Virus record (IMG/VR): IMGVR_UViG_2711768098_000003
Coordinates: 1-64,000 of that record
Origin: a virus
Lineage: Duplodnaviria > Caudoviricetes
Length of the DNA: 64,000 nucleotides
Direction: 5' to 3' (one strand)
This document shows, piece by piece, positions 1-9,071 of the stretch. A program made the translations under genes and the position numbers. The notes beneath the pieces are model-generated. The model had not been told where the DNA came from, searched no databases, and saw only the letters and a program-made list of their open reading frames with translations. Each line of letters starts with the position of its first letter. Position 1 is the first letter of the stretch.

Positions 1-570
1 ATGAGCAGTAAGGACGACCAGGCGCGCGAACTTCTCGCCACCCGGATCGACCGAGACCAGACACGCGCATTCCGGCTCCTCGCCGAACATGCCGTCGACA
101 CCGCCACCGCTAATGCGCCCGTCGACGTGCACGAAGCCGACCTCACTGGCCGACACCAGGCGCAGCAGATCGGGCTACTCGACGCAGCCGCAACAGGACT
201 CGGCGGACGCCTCGCAACCCACGGCGACCGGACACTCGTATTCGGCACGGCAGGGCATTTGCACCGTGTACTGCTCGTGTTCGATGCGCTACTCCCCCAG
301 ATGGTCGACGGTGCCACCGTGTTCGACCGTCGATCCGTCGCCGCCCGCAAAGAGTGGATGCGGGCATACGCGCACCGGATCCGTGACAGTCTCATCCTCG
401 CTGGGCAAGAGGTCGAAGCGTTCGCGCCGTCCGATGTCGCGGCGACCTTGGCGGACGACAATCGCCGGGCGCATGATGCGGTCGACGACTTCGCCGCCAC
501 ACTCGGTGCGCGAGTCAAACGGGCGCGCGCATACAAACTGCACGGCGGCGTGACACAAATAGCTGTGTGA
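1..570 (+). CDS. Hypothetical protein, resembles C-terminal part of DUF2786-family proteins
   Basis: 189-aa ORF; LVFG..L.RV.L...L..Q and W..AYA.RI pattern. Confidence 0.45.
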   Translation: MSSKDDQARELLATRIDRDQTRAFRLLAEHAVDTATANAPVDVHEADLTGRHQAQQIGLLDAAATGLGGRLATHGDRTLVFGTAGHLHRVLLVFDALLPQMVDGATVFDRRSVAARKEWMRAYAHRIRDSLILAGQEVEAFAPSDVAATLADDNRRAHDAVDDFAATLGARVKRARAYKLHGGVTQIAV

Positions 571-594
571 GACAATCGCATTCATATGCAAATA

Positions 595-607
595 CATACT
601 CAGTATG
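595..607. promoter_or_regulatory. Palindromic operator CATACTCAGTATG
   Basis: Perfect 6-1-6 palindrome in intergenic gap; near-copies at 2093, 38937, 50530, 59161. Confidence 0.6.
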
Positions 608-650
608 CGATAGTGGTACTCGACCGATGCACCATGAGAGGCTGGACCGC

Positions 651-1442
651 ATGAGCCGAATCTACTTCCACACCCGAGAACGTGACGCCGAAGTCCGAGG
701 ATGGGAACGCTCCTACATGGGCGTGACGGCACGAAAGCTCGGATACAACGCCCTCGTCGGGGCGCTGGGCGCCAGTGTTCGCGACTACATCATCGACGGA
801 CATGAACTCAAGACCATGCATGACGATCCCGCAGCCTACGGAGTCAACTCGTGGTCGTGGCGGCTCGAGATGGCGATGTCAGGGTTGTTCTCAGGCGAAC
901 GTCCAGTGTTCGAATTCAACGGTCAACAGCTCGCGTCTTGGGAGTTGCTGCTGAACACTGCAATCGCAACAGGATCGGATACGTTGCGGCTCATGACCCG
1001 CATCGACGCCCAGTGTGAGATCCACGCCCGCGTCGACGGTGAAGACCGGGCATGGTTCGCTGATCTGATCGAGCAGGGGCGTGGCAACAAAATCCTGCGT
1101 CCAGAGTCGGGGTGGGAGGACGTTATCGAGTTGGCCCGTTCGATTGACGACGGCCCAATTGTTATGTCCTACAGCGTCTGCGACGGCTTCCCGGGAGCGT
1201 CTGCAACGACATGGACGCCGTCGACCGACGATGATGGCGAAGCGGATTGGGATGCATTCTACGATCTGTCCGATGATGAGCAGTGGGCTCGCGGCCTTGA
1301 CTGGCTGACTGATCATGGTCCCCGCTTGCAGCCATCCGAGTGGGAGACGTATCGCTTTTCGCATGGCGTGTCAGGGTTTGATCTTGCGGAAGATGCATGG
1401 ACGAAGCGCCTCACGGAAAGCGCAAGTAATGGCCGCGTGTGA
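651..1442 (+). CDS. Hypothetical phage protein
   Basis: Long ORF (MSRIYFHT...); GAGAGG upstream; start uncertain. Confidence 0.7.
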   Translation: MSRIYFHTRERDAEVRGWERSYMGVTARKLGYNALVGALGASVRDYIIDGHELKTMHDDPAAYGVNSWSWRLEMAMSGLFSGERPVFEFNGQQLASWELLLNTAIATGSDTLRLMTRIDAQCEIHARVDGEDRAWFADLIEQGRGNKILRPESGWEDVIELARSIDDGPIVMSYSVCDGFPGASATTWTPSTDDDGEADWDAFYDLSDDEQWARGLDWLTDHGPRLQPSEWETYRFSHGVSGFDLAEDAWTKRLTESASNGRV

Positions 1443-1654
1443 AAAGTGAGGCAAGAATGGGCGGCATGGATATGAACAACGGCATCCTGGTCGACCGATT
1501 TAAATGCCCACACGCGGGCTGCTCCTGGTCGATCGGAACCACCAGGCCCACTGTCAAGTTCTCAGACGAAGACATAGAGCATTTGAGGAGCTACGTCATG
1601 GCCGAATGGGATCGCCATGTCGCGCTAGACCACCCTGAGCAGGAAGGCAAGTAG
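1439..1654 (+). CDS. Small hypothetical protein with CxxxxC...H...H possible Zn motif
   Basis: GTGA overlap with previous stop; start may be a later ATG. Confidence 0.45.
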   Translation: MKSEARMGGMDMNNGILVDRFKCPHAGCSWSIGTTRPTVKFSDEDIEHLRSYVMAEWDRHVALDHPEQEGK

Positions 1655-1800
1655 TGGGTAAGACGCGAGATCGGCTCGAACGTTTGCTGGCGGGCGGCCC
1701 CGACACTCCGATCCGCACCAAATGGCACGACGGCGTGGAGTATTGGGAGGTTCCCGCCGACGAATTGCGAGCAGTCCTTCGTCCACAGGGAAGAGAATGA
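1654..1800 (+). CDS. Small hypothetical protein (48 aa)
   Basis: GTG overlaps upstream TAG; its TGA overlaps next ATG. Confidence 0.4.
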   Translation: MGKTRDRLERLLAGGPDTPIRTKWHDGVEYWEVPADELRAVLRPQGRE

Positions 1801-2081
1801 CGGAACCAGACTATTGGGCGCATCCGCGAGCAGTCATGCTCACCACGCGAGTAGGCAGCGCCGACCACACTTGGCAGACCGAACTGCGCGACATGTGGGG
1901 ACCGAACCACCGCAAAACCACCCTCGCGCTCATGGACGACATCCTCGCCAACGGAATCACCACCCCAATCCACATCGGAGACGACGGACGACTCTGGGAC
2001 GGCCACCACCGCATCGCAGTCGCCATAGCCCTCGGAATCGACTCCATCCCCGTCTACAGCGAAAACCTACACCCTCAGTGA
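1797..2081 (+). CDS. ParB/Srx N-terminal domain protein
   Basis: L..DI..NGI..PI.I.....L.DGHHR..VA..LG...IPV motif. Confidence 0.75.
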   Translation: MTEPDYWAHPRAVMLTTRVGSADHTWQTELRDMWGPNHRKTTLALMDDILANGITTPIHIGDDGRLWDGHHRIAVAIALGIDSIPVYSENLHPQ

Positions 2082-2092
2082 CCCCAGCAGTG

Positions 2093-2119
2093 CATACCCA
2101 GTATGTGAGAATCGACGGC
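2093..2119 (+). promoter_or_regulatory. Operator CATACCCAGTATG plus probable -10 (GAGAAT) of a leaderless promoter
   Basis: Operator 2093-2105, hexamer 2107-2112, 7 nt to ATG 2120. Confidence 0.5.
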
Positions 2120-2320
2120 ATGGCAGACACCGAATGGACCGCCGAAGAATGCGCCGAATACCTCCACATCAAACTCCGCACCTGGCACGCCTACGTCAAA
2201 CGACCAGGCAAAACCAATCCCGCACCACAACCACTCCGCCACATCGGCCGCACGCCCATCTGGGACGCCCAAGCCGTCCACGAATACGCCGCCAACCGCA
2301 CCCGCCCCACCAACACATGA
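2120..2320 (+). CDS. Small HTH DNA-binding protein (AlpA/excisionase-like)
   Basis: WTAEECAEYLHIK.RTW..Y...P.P....GRTP.W pattern. Confidence 0.75.
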   Translation: MADTEWTAEECAEYLHIKLRTWHAYVKRPGKTNPAPQPLRHIGRTPIWDAQAVHEYAANRTRPTNT

Positions 2321-2330
2321 AAGGCCCACC

Positions 2331-3041
2331 GTGAAACCAGCCAAACGGGTAGCAGTCACCGGCATCGCCATACTCCTACCCCTGGCGCTCTACCTCTCCT
2401 ACATTGCACTCGTCGACGTAGCAGCACGATCCGGTGTCGGCCACTACGAAGCCTATACATGGCCCATCATCGTCGACGGCGTCGCAATCGTCTCCACCGT
2501 CGCCGCCTACAGTCTCCGAGGCCGCAAAGACACGCCACCCCGCAGCGGCTACCGATACGCATGGACACTCCTCGCCGCAGCAGCCATCGTCTCCGCCGCA
2601 GCCAACGCCGCACACCTCCTAATGCCACCCGGACCCATGCCGCAATGGGTCATCGCAGGCGTCGCCCTCGTCCCACCCGCAGCCGTAGTCGTCGTCGCCC
2701 ACCTCGCCGTCATTCTCGCCCGCGACGCACACACGGTCGAGCCCGCCGCCGCATCCACATCAGCCGCCGCAATACTCGAGCGGGAACGCGGCAACCCGCA
2801 GGTGAACACATTCGCCGCAACCCCTGCCGCACCCGAAGAGTCCGCCGGCGTCGACGCTCAGACGGCGCCAGCAGACACCGCCGACGACATCGAAGAACGC
2901 GAAGAAGCCGACCGTGCCGCAGAAGCCGCACGACTCCGCTCCGAAGGCCTCAGCCTCCGCAAAATCGGCGCCCAACTCGGAGTCTCCGAGAAAACAATCC
3001 GCCGCGACCTCGCAGCCACCCAAAACCAGTCAGCCGCCTAA
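2331..3041 (+). CDS. DUF2637-family membrane protein with C-terminal HTH
   Basis: Four TM helices, SY.AL...A and WP..VDG motifs; C-terminal GLSLRKIGAQLGVSEKTIRRDL. Confidence 0.75.
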   Translation: MKPAKRVAVTGIAILLPLALYLSYIALVDVAARSGVGHYEAYTWPIIVDGVAIVSTVAAYSLRGRKDTPPRSGYRYAWTLLAAAAIVSAAANAAHLLMPPGPMPQWVIAGVALVPPAAVVVVAHLAVILARDAHTVEPAAASTSAAAILERERGNPQVNTFAATPAAPEESAGVDAQTAPADTADDIEEREEADRAAEAARLRSEGLSLRKIGAQLGVSEKTIRRDLAATQNQSAA

Positions 3042-3164
3042 CCAAGATCAACATTGACCAGGCAATACCCCGGGAAACATCGCAAACCGGGCGAACGGTA
3101 GCGTTCCTAACGGAGGGTCGTCGGCGAGTCCACAAAAGACTCCGGGAAGCTTCGACCCACCAAG

Positions 3165-3200
3165 GAAGACCCCTCACGCCCCCAGCGTGCAGGGGTCTTC
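3165..3200 (+). terminator. Stem-loop, probable terminator
   Basis: GAAGACCCCT...AGGGGTCTTC inverted repeat. Confidence 0.5.
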
Positions 3201-3255
3201 CCCGAACCTTGAGGTCTGCTTTACTGAACCTTCACTACACACCAGAAGGAACCCA

Positions 3256-3561
3256 GTGAAGACCATCATCGCCATCATCGCCGCACTCATGCTCGCCCTC
3301 GGAACAGCATCAGTTGCCACCGCAGAACCCGCCACCCCCAGCGTTGGCAGCAGCGCCACCACCCCCGTCGCACTCCCACCCGGAGACACCCTCGAAGCCC
3401 GCACCGGAATCGGCGCAGCAATCGGCGTCGGATTCGGAATCCTCGCAGGACTCCCATTCGCCATCGTCGGCGCAATCCCCGGAGCCATCATCGGCGGCCT
3501 CGCAGGAGCCGCAATCGGCGCAACATCCTGGAACATCGCCAACACCTACAGCAACTACTAG
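3256..3561 (+). CDS. Secreted or membrane glycine-zipper protein
   Basis: AGAAGG RBS, signal peptide, GxxxG repeats. Confidence 0.7.
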   Translation: MKTIIAIIAALMLALGTASVATAEPATPSVGSSATTPVALPPGDTLEARTGIGAAIGVGFGILAGLPFAIVGAIPGAIIGGLAGAAIGATSWNIANTYSNY

Positions 3562-3575
3562 ACCCCCAGAAACAC

Positions 3576-3614
3576 GAAAAGCGCCCCCAACCAATAAGGT
3601 TGAGGGCGCTTTTC
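3576..3614. terminator. Bidirectional intrinsic terminator
   Basis: GAAAAGCGCCC...GGGCGCTTTTC. Confidence 0.65.
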
Positions 3615-3634
3615 GCACAGAACAGGAAACACAC

Positions 3635-3748
3635 GTGAACATCAAGACCGTCGCCGCAATAGGCGCGATCATCGCAGTACTCGCCGCAGCCGCCGAAGCC
3701 TACGCGACATTCAAAACGCTACGAAACCCCATCTACCAAGGCGACTAG
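3635..3748 (+). CDS. Small membrane peptide (37 aa)
   Basis: AGGA RBS, GTG start, hydrophobic helix. Confidence 0.45.
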   Translation: MNIKTVAAIGAIIAVLAAAAEAYATFKTLRNPIYQGD

Positions 3749-3751
3749 CCG

Positions 3752-4741
3752 TCACCCCGATGTCACCACAACCTGAGCGGCAGTCAAGTTGCGATACCCG
3801 GTGGTAGTCGCCTGCACCCAAGCAGCCAACCCGATCCGCTGCCCCGCAGACACAGGACCAGTCACCGTCACACTGAACGACGTCTGACTTCCCACTGTCG
3901 TGGAATCTGTCGCGACAATCGCGCCATCCAACAAGATGTGGATGCCACGGCTATGCGACGTCGTACCAGAAGACGAAATCGTTGCCGTTGCCGTCACCGT
4001 CACAGTGCCGGCCTGGCCGATCACCAGACTGTCATCGACGATCACACTGTTCGGGTACTTCGACATGACAGTCCAGCCCCGGACGACGTTCGCGGAGGAT
4101 GACGTACTGTTCGTCGACATCACCTGCGTCGTCGACTTCTCCATGCCGCTACCTGCAGACGCGGTGACCGTAGTCGAACCTGTACCGGATGCGTTGACCG
4201 TTGTACGGACGCCCGGAACAGTCGAAGTCGTACCGGATCCTGTACCAGCGGCCACGGTTCCTGGCCGTGGCGTCACCACCTGTGTGCCTGAACCGTCTGC
4301 CGTCACCAATGCTGCGGCGGCCGCAGCAACGATAGAGGCGCCCGCGCTCGACGCCGACACCATTGATGTCGCACGAACCTGCACCACCGTCGACCCCGAA
4401 CCAGACGATACGACAGCAGCAGGGATGCCCTTCGCAGTGTCATAGCCGAGCACATCGAGAACACCCTCGCCGCCCGCCGACACCACAGTTCGGACCGTCG
4501 CCTTACCAGCCACCGTCGCACCCGAACCAGACCCTGCAGCGCCGACAACCCCTCGAGGAATCACCGACGCCACACCCGACCCCGACGCAACCACAACAGC
4601 CTCAGGATCAAAGAACGGAATGAACCCGGCAGGCAGAAGATCCACCGCCACCGCAGGCAACGGCAACTGGAGCGTCGGGGCGCTCGGCAACGGCCACACA
4701 ACCACCGCGGCAGCCGGGAGGCTCAACACAATCTCACTCAT
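3752..4741 (-). CDS. Minor tail or fibre-like protein
   Basis: G/S/T/V-rich repeats and C-terminal beta-sandwich; last gene of the virion operon. Confidence 0.65.
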   Translation of the reverse strand: MSEIVLSLPAAAVVVWPLPSAPTLQLPLPAVAVDLLPAGFIPFFDPEAVVVASGSGVASVIPRGVVGAAGSGSGATVAGKATVRTVVSAGGEGVLDVLGYDTAKGIPAAVVSSGSGSTVVQVRATSMVSASSAGASIVAAAAAALVTADGSGTQVVTPRPGTVAAGTGSGTTSTVPGVRTTVNASGTGSTTVTASAGSGMEKSTTQVMSTNSTSSSANVVRGWTVMSKYPNSVIVDDSLVIGQAGTVTVTATATISSSGTTSHSRGIHILLDGAIVATDSTTVGSQTSFSVTVTGPVSAGQRIGLAAWVQATTTGYRNLTAAQVVVTSG

Positions 4742-4757
4742 GGAGCCTCCAACCCAG

Positions 4758-5099
4758 TCAGGACTGCGTGTACGTTGCAGGCGCCGAAATCTGTGCCGCC
4801 TGCGAAATCGTCACCGTCGCAGCCAACGGCCCGCCATCAAGGAACACGTCAGACGACGACCAGAGTCCCCAATGCGAAAACGTGCCCGCAGGCGCGTCGA
4901 ACTTAACCTCAGTCGCAGTGATCGAACCGTTCGCGGGAGAACCCCACGTCAAAGTCTTCCGCGCATACCCGCCACTGCCAGCGGTCACCTCATTCGCGCC
5001 ATTCGATCCTGGCGCGCCGGTGTGCAGCGACAACTTCGCGCCCTGCGCCGCATAGGCGGAGCATAGGGTGTTCTTCATTGCATTGGTGGCCACAGCCAT
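4758..5099 (-). CDS. Minor tail protein
   Basis: LSLHT..PG..GANEV...GYAR....W motif typical of actinophage tail proteins. Confidence 0.75.
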   Translation of the reverse strand: MAVATNAMKNTLCSAYAAQGAKLSLHTGAPGSNGANEVTAGSGGYARKTLTWGSPANGSITATEVKFDAPAGTFSHWGLWSSSDVFLDGGPLAATVTISQAAQISAPATYTQS

Positions 5100-5129
5100 G
5101 TGAACCAACCTCCTTCGCGTTTGGTAGAG

Positions 5130-5399
5130 CTAAGCCTGGTAGAGGGCTCGCAACTGGACTTGCGTGGGTGCCCAAAAATAGACGTTCTGAGTGCCAACGA
5201 TTGGTATGGTGATCTGCTCGCCAGGTCGGATTGGATAGCCGTTTCCGCCGTTAAAAGTGTCCGTTCCGCTGACGTACGCCGTGACGTAAGAGTTCGGATT
5301 CACGATTGTCACACTGGGCTCGTGGCAGACCAGATAATCGACCGAAGGAAAGTTGGGGCTGGCGCTAGCCGCCGTTGCGGTAAGAGTGGACATGGGCAT
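5130..5399 (-). CDS. Hypothetical beta-rich protein
   Basis: AAGGAG RBS; lower GC than neighbours. Confidence 0.55.
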   Translation of the reverse strand: MPMSTLTATAASASPNFPSVDYLVCHEPSVTIVNPNSYVTAYVSGTDTFNGGNGYPIRPGEQITIPIVGTQNVYFWAPTQVQLRALYQA

Positions 5400-5410
5400 T
5401 CTCTCCTTAG

Positions 5411-5758
5411 TTAAGAAATCTTGGACCGTGGTTGCGCCCGAACGACATTGCCGTACGCACGACAAAAATCGATCCGCGGCGACCCCGGAAAACTGAAATA
5501 CAACAGATAAGCCGTCCCAACCTTCACCAGATCGGCAACCTCAGACTCGACTTTCCACACCGCCTGCGCCGTCGACACCGACGCCGACCACGACGCCGTC
5601 ACCGACCCCGCATCAGGATCCGTGAAAAAATCGATTCGGGCAGTCGTACCCGTCTGAAACAGACCCGACTGCGGCCTCACAATCAACTGAAAATCCTCGC
5701 CACGCGTCAACTCCAACGGGCGAACAATCTTCTTCGTATCATTCAAAGCGTCAGCCAA
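5411..5758 (-). CDS. Minor tail protein (LtfC-like beta-sandwich)
   Basis: L.LTRG.DF...W....ESE.AD.....G.V.R pattern. Confidence 0.6.
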   Translation of the reverse strand: MADALNDTKKIVRPLELTRGEDFQLIVRPQSGLFQTGTTARIDFFTDPDAGSVTASWSASVSTAQAVWKVESEVADLVKVGTAYLLYFSFPGSPRIDFCRAYGNVVRAQPRSKIS

Positions 5759-5770
5759 GACGCACCTCCA

Positions 5771-6193
5771 TCACTCGTCCGCGAACTTGCGCGTCAACAT
5801 CTCCGTGATCTGCTTGTTCGCTTCCACCAGTTCGGTACGTAGACGCTGAATTTCGCGGCGCATCTGAGCGAGCTCCTCATTGTGTCGAGCATCCGACTCC
5901 TGCCGTGCAAGCCGATCCTCCTCACGCTGACGCTTCAGATAGGCGATCTCCGCTTCCGCATCCGCGAGACGGGCATCATCGAACTCGCCCTGCGCAATCA
6001 ACTGCCGGCGTCGACGCTCAATCTTGCGTTCCTCACGCTCCCCCAACCACGCCCCGAACGGACCCAACCACTTGCGGATCCGCTCAGTCGTCGTAATCAG
6101 AAACGTCACAACAATCGAAATCGGCACCAGCCACAACAGCCACGGATACTGTGCGAGGATGCCAGGATCGACGTCAGCTAGCTCTGGCGGCAC
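5771..6193 (-). CDS. Lysis-cassette membrane protein (1 TM plus coiled coil)
   Basis: N-terminal TM, long coiled coil, position after holins. Confidence 0.65.
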   Translation of the reverse strand: MPPELADVDPGILAQYPWLLWLVPISIVVTFLITTTERIRKWLGPFGAWLGEREERKIERRRRQLIAQGEFDDARLADAEAEIAYLKRQREEDRLARQESDARHNEELAQMRREIQRLRTELVEANKQITEMLTRKFADE

Positions 6194-6620
6194 GGTCCAC
6201 TCTCCTATCCCGCATCAACACGTACGCAACAGATGCGAGAACAAGATGGACTCCACCGCCCGCCACAAACAGGCCGACGCCAGTGCGGAAACCGTCGAAG
6301 CCTTGCGTAGGGATGGTCACTGAAAGCTGTCCGATACCGATGGCCGCATAGATCGCGGCGATGACTAGATGCCCGAGGGCGACGAAACCGGTTCGGTCCA
6401 GGATGAGCGCGAACCCGACCGTCAACACGCCGAGGATCAGCAGGCCACCCCACACTGATAGTGGTGCGGCGGCCTCTACGACACCCAAGGATCGAATGTT
6501 GCGGTCACTGGGGGTGATGTAGTCGAGGCCGCGTGACAGTGCGGTGATACAGACGATGAGCTGGAGAATCCCGGTGGCCCACACCCCCATGTTCAAGGGG
6601 TGTGGGATCAGCCGAGACAA
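6174..6620 (-). CDS. Multi-TM membrane protein, holin-like accessory
   Basis: Four hydrophobic segments; lysis cassette. Confidence 0.65.
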   Translation of the reverse strand: MSRLIPHPLNMGVWATGILQLIVCITALSRGLDYITPSDRNIRSLGVVEAAAPLSVWGGLLILGVLTVGFALILDRTGFVALGHLVIAAIYAAIGIGQLSVTIPTQGFDGFRTGVGLFVAGGGVHLVLASVAYVLMRDRRVDRAARAS

Positions 6621-6623
6621 CCT

Positions 6624-6905
6624 CTATCCTCGAGGCGTAGCGGCCAGCCACGCGGTCACGCCGAAGCGCTGCAGGATGTCGTTGACGCCAGGGACGGCGA
6701 GAACGCGGGTCACTGCACCGGTAACAGCCAGCGATGCGGCTGCGAGGCCGGTAGCACCCGGTACGTTGGCGTTCTCCGCTGCTGCGAGGATTGCAGGCAG
6801 TAGTGGTGCGACACCGACGATGAACGCGACGATGGTGCGCAGGACTGCACGCCACGGGTAGTCGGACTGTGTTGCGGTGGTGGAACCAAGGGAATGTGCA
6901 CCCAT
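6624..6905 (-). CDS. Holin
   Basis: TQ..YPWRA..RT...TRVLA.PGVN motif of actinophage holins. Confidence 0.8.
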   Translation of the reverse strand: MGAHSLGSTTATQSDYPWRAVLRTIVAFIVGVAPLLPAILAAAENANVPGATGLAAASLAVTGAVTRVLAVPGVNDILQRFGVTAWLAATPRG

Positions 6906-6906
6906 G

Positions 6907-7122
6907 TCAGGCCTCACTTCTAGCGATGGCGGCATTGCCCCAAAACATCGCAGTCTCTATAGCGGTGATCGCGAGAGCCTTCTCGCGACCATTGGGAACC
7001 TTGGCATCAATGAACTCCGCCAAAGCCTTACAACCAGCCCGCACCGCCTCATGAGCGGCCACCTTCTCAGGCGTATTCGCGGGATGGAAATCAAACCGAT
7101 TGTTCAAATCGCTCATATACAT
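6907..7122 (-). CDS. Acb2/Tad1-hairpin family protein (putative cyclic-nucleotide sponge)
   Basis: RF.FH......A.HE.VR...K.LA..I....P.GREKALAIT.IE.AMFW.NAAIAR. Confidence 0.7.
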   Translation of the reverse strand: MYMSDLNNRFDFHPANTPEKVAAHEAVRAGCKALAEFIDAKVPNGREKALAITAIETAMFWGNAAIARSEA

Positions 7123-7151
7123 GCAACTTTCAGACGATTTTTGAAAAAATT

Positions 7152-8738
7152 TCAGTGAACCTGCTGGACGATCTGCTCCACCCCGACATCAAGCTTCAAG
7201 CCGAGGGTGCCGTCCGGGTTCCATGCGATTCGGCCATGTTCGAAGTTCTGGATGACGGTGCCGTCGCCGAGGTGAATCTCGTTCGATGTCGGGTAGCCGT
7301 ACGCGGACTTCTCGTAGCCTTCACGCGCCCAGCGGGCACCGATGCGGCCCGTCACGTAGAAGCCGAGCGGGGAGCCGACACGGCGGTACAGGACACCCTT
7401 TTCGAATGCCTGCACATCAGCTTCCCACTTGCCGTCCTTGTCGAACAGGCTCGTGTGGTAGGCGATCGGATATCCGAGGGGTCCGGTCTCCCACTTGTAG
7501 GTGGCATACGACTCGAGCAGGTATTTGGGGATCGGGCGGGCATCCGTCGTCGGCGTCCAATAGATGGAACCGTTCTCGAAGTGCGCGAACTTGCCGACAC
7601 CATCCGGGCAGGACTCTTCGCCCGTCAGACGCTTCCCGAGCCAGGATGCAGCCGCGGCCATCTCATCGATCTTGTTGACCACTACGACATGCGGTGCAGT
7701 GACGCCGCGAACGAACTCGTCGACGAACACGGCGAAGCGGTCCCACGGGAACCGGTCGCCAGTATCGGTGTGGTTGCCGATACGCAGGACTCGAGTCACA
7801 TAGCCGTGATCGGAGAAACCGTCGCGTCGACCCAACGGGTACGGGCGCGGATTCACTTCGATCGAGAAGCCATACTTTCTGGCGTCCTGTACGGCCAGCC
7901 ATGCTGCGATTCGGATGTCGCCTTCGCGTCGCAGCCAATCCTCACGCGACCATGCTGCGCGACTGCCCGCGAACACCAGGTTGATGGTGTACGGGTTCGC
8001 GTTCAACACCGACCAGGAAGCCCGATCGGTATCGTTGATGCACACGACAATCCCGTCGCGGACCACATAGTGGTAGCTGGCGCCGTTACCCGGGTTGTTG
8101 CAGAACGCCGCCAACCCTTCGGCACTGGCGTTGCCCTCTTCGGTGTGCAGCAGAAAATTCGAGACTCGAGCGCCGTTACGGCTCGAGGACGACGGTCCGA
8201 AACGGATGATCTCGCGGTATGCGGGCTTCAATGACGTCCCTCCAGAAGCTGGTGTAGGTGTGGGTGCAGGTTTCGGCGCTGCAGGAGTCGGGGTGGCCGC
8301 GGCGACAGGGTTGCCTGCGCCTGCCAGCCATGCCGCAGGATCCTGTGCGCGGCCACCGATGCGACCCGGCGGCGTCCACACCTCGAAATGCAGGTGTGCG
8401 CCCGTGGATTGGCCTTCATTGCCGACGAGAGCGATCAACTGCCCGGCTTTCACACGGTCGCCGGCGCGGACTTTGATGTCGGCGTGCCGCATGTGCCCGT
8501 AGATGGTGTCGACGCCGTGCGTTTTCTGGTGGTCGATCCACACCCAGTTGCCGAAGCCGTCGACTGTGTTGGCGCGGCGGTCGGATCCTTCGACGACGAC
8601 ACCATCGGCGACCGCATAGATTGGTGTGCCGAGGGGCGCTGCGAAGTCGAGGCCGTTGTGCTGACTGCCCCAGCGTGGCCCGAAACCGGAACTGATCTTG
8701 TATGTTACAGCGGCCAGCGGGTAGACGCGGTCACTCAA
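7152..8738 (-). CDS. lysA: Endolysin (lysin A): M23 peptidase, amidase_2 and LGFP repeats
   Basis: HNGLDFA and HLHFEV (M23); LHTEEG/SYHY/HTDTG (amidase); GPLGYP repeats; TTG start overlapping upstream stop. Confidence 0.9.
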   Translation of the reverse strand: MSDRVYPLAAVTYKISSGFGPRWGSQHNGLDFAAPLGTPIYAVADGVVVEGSDRRANTVDGFGNWVWIDHQKTHGVDTIYGHMRHADIKVRAGDRVKAGQLIALVGNEGQSTGAHLHFEVWTPPGRIGGRAQDPAAWLAGAGNPVAAATPTPAAPKPAPTPTPASGGTSLKPAYREIIRFGPSSSSRNGARVSNFLLHTEEGNASAEGLAAFCNNPGNGASYHYVVRDGIVVCINDTDRASWSVLNANPYTINLVFAGSRAAWSREDWLRREGDIRIAAWLAVQDARKYGFSIEVNPRPYPLGRRDGFSDHGYVTRVLRIGNHTDTGDRFPWDRFAVFVDEFVRGVTAPHVVVVNKIDEMAAAASWLGKRLTGEESCPDGVGKFAHFENGSIYWTPTTDARPIPKYLLESYATYKWETGPLGYPIAYHTSLFDKDGKWEADVQAFEKGVLYRRVGSPLGFYVTGRIGARWAREGYEKSAYGYPTSNEIHLGDGTVIQNFEHGRIAWNPDGTLGLKLDVGVEQIVQQVH

Positions 8739-9069
8739 CCGGATCACCAGCCCCCGAATCGGAGCTCGGTTCTGATGCTTCCTCCGTGACAGCAAACCCG
8801 ATGGATGCCAGCGCATCCTCGTGGGAACACAACTCCAACGGAATCGACGCGGCCATCGTGTTATCGCCAGTCGTCAACATGATCACCTCGCCATGCGACA
8901 ACTCGGCAGGAACGATGCGCGTCTCCCGCAGCCCGAACGCAGGAAGATCGATGCGCGACACAATGAGGTAATCGACACCGGAATACGGTTCAGAAAGCTT
9001 GAACCCGTACGCCTCCCCCGCTTTACCCCGCAACTTCTCTGTAACTTGAACAGCAAATGGCATGCGCAT
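8731..9069 (-). CDS. Hypothetical virion-module protein
   Basis: ORF tightly packed between minor tail gene and lysin. Confidence 0.6.
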   Translation of the reverse strand: MRMPFAVQVTEKLRGKAGEAYGFKLSEPYSGVDYLIVSRIDLPAFGLRETRIVPAELSHGEVIMLTTGDNTMAASIPLELCSHEDALASIGFAVTEEASEPSSDSGAGDPVE

Positions 9070-9071
9070 CC

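Noticed and set aside
3061-3110. Resemblance to a c-di-GMP-I riboswitch (GGCAA...GAAA...CGCAAA...GGTAGCG)
   Set aside because: No room for the 3' strand of P2 and no convincing P1; likely coincidental.
3125-3162. TTCGACCCACCA looks like a tRNA 3' end
   Set aside because: No T stem, D arm or acceptor stem can be built.
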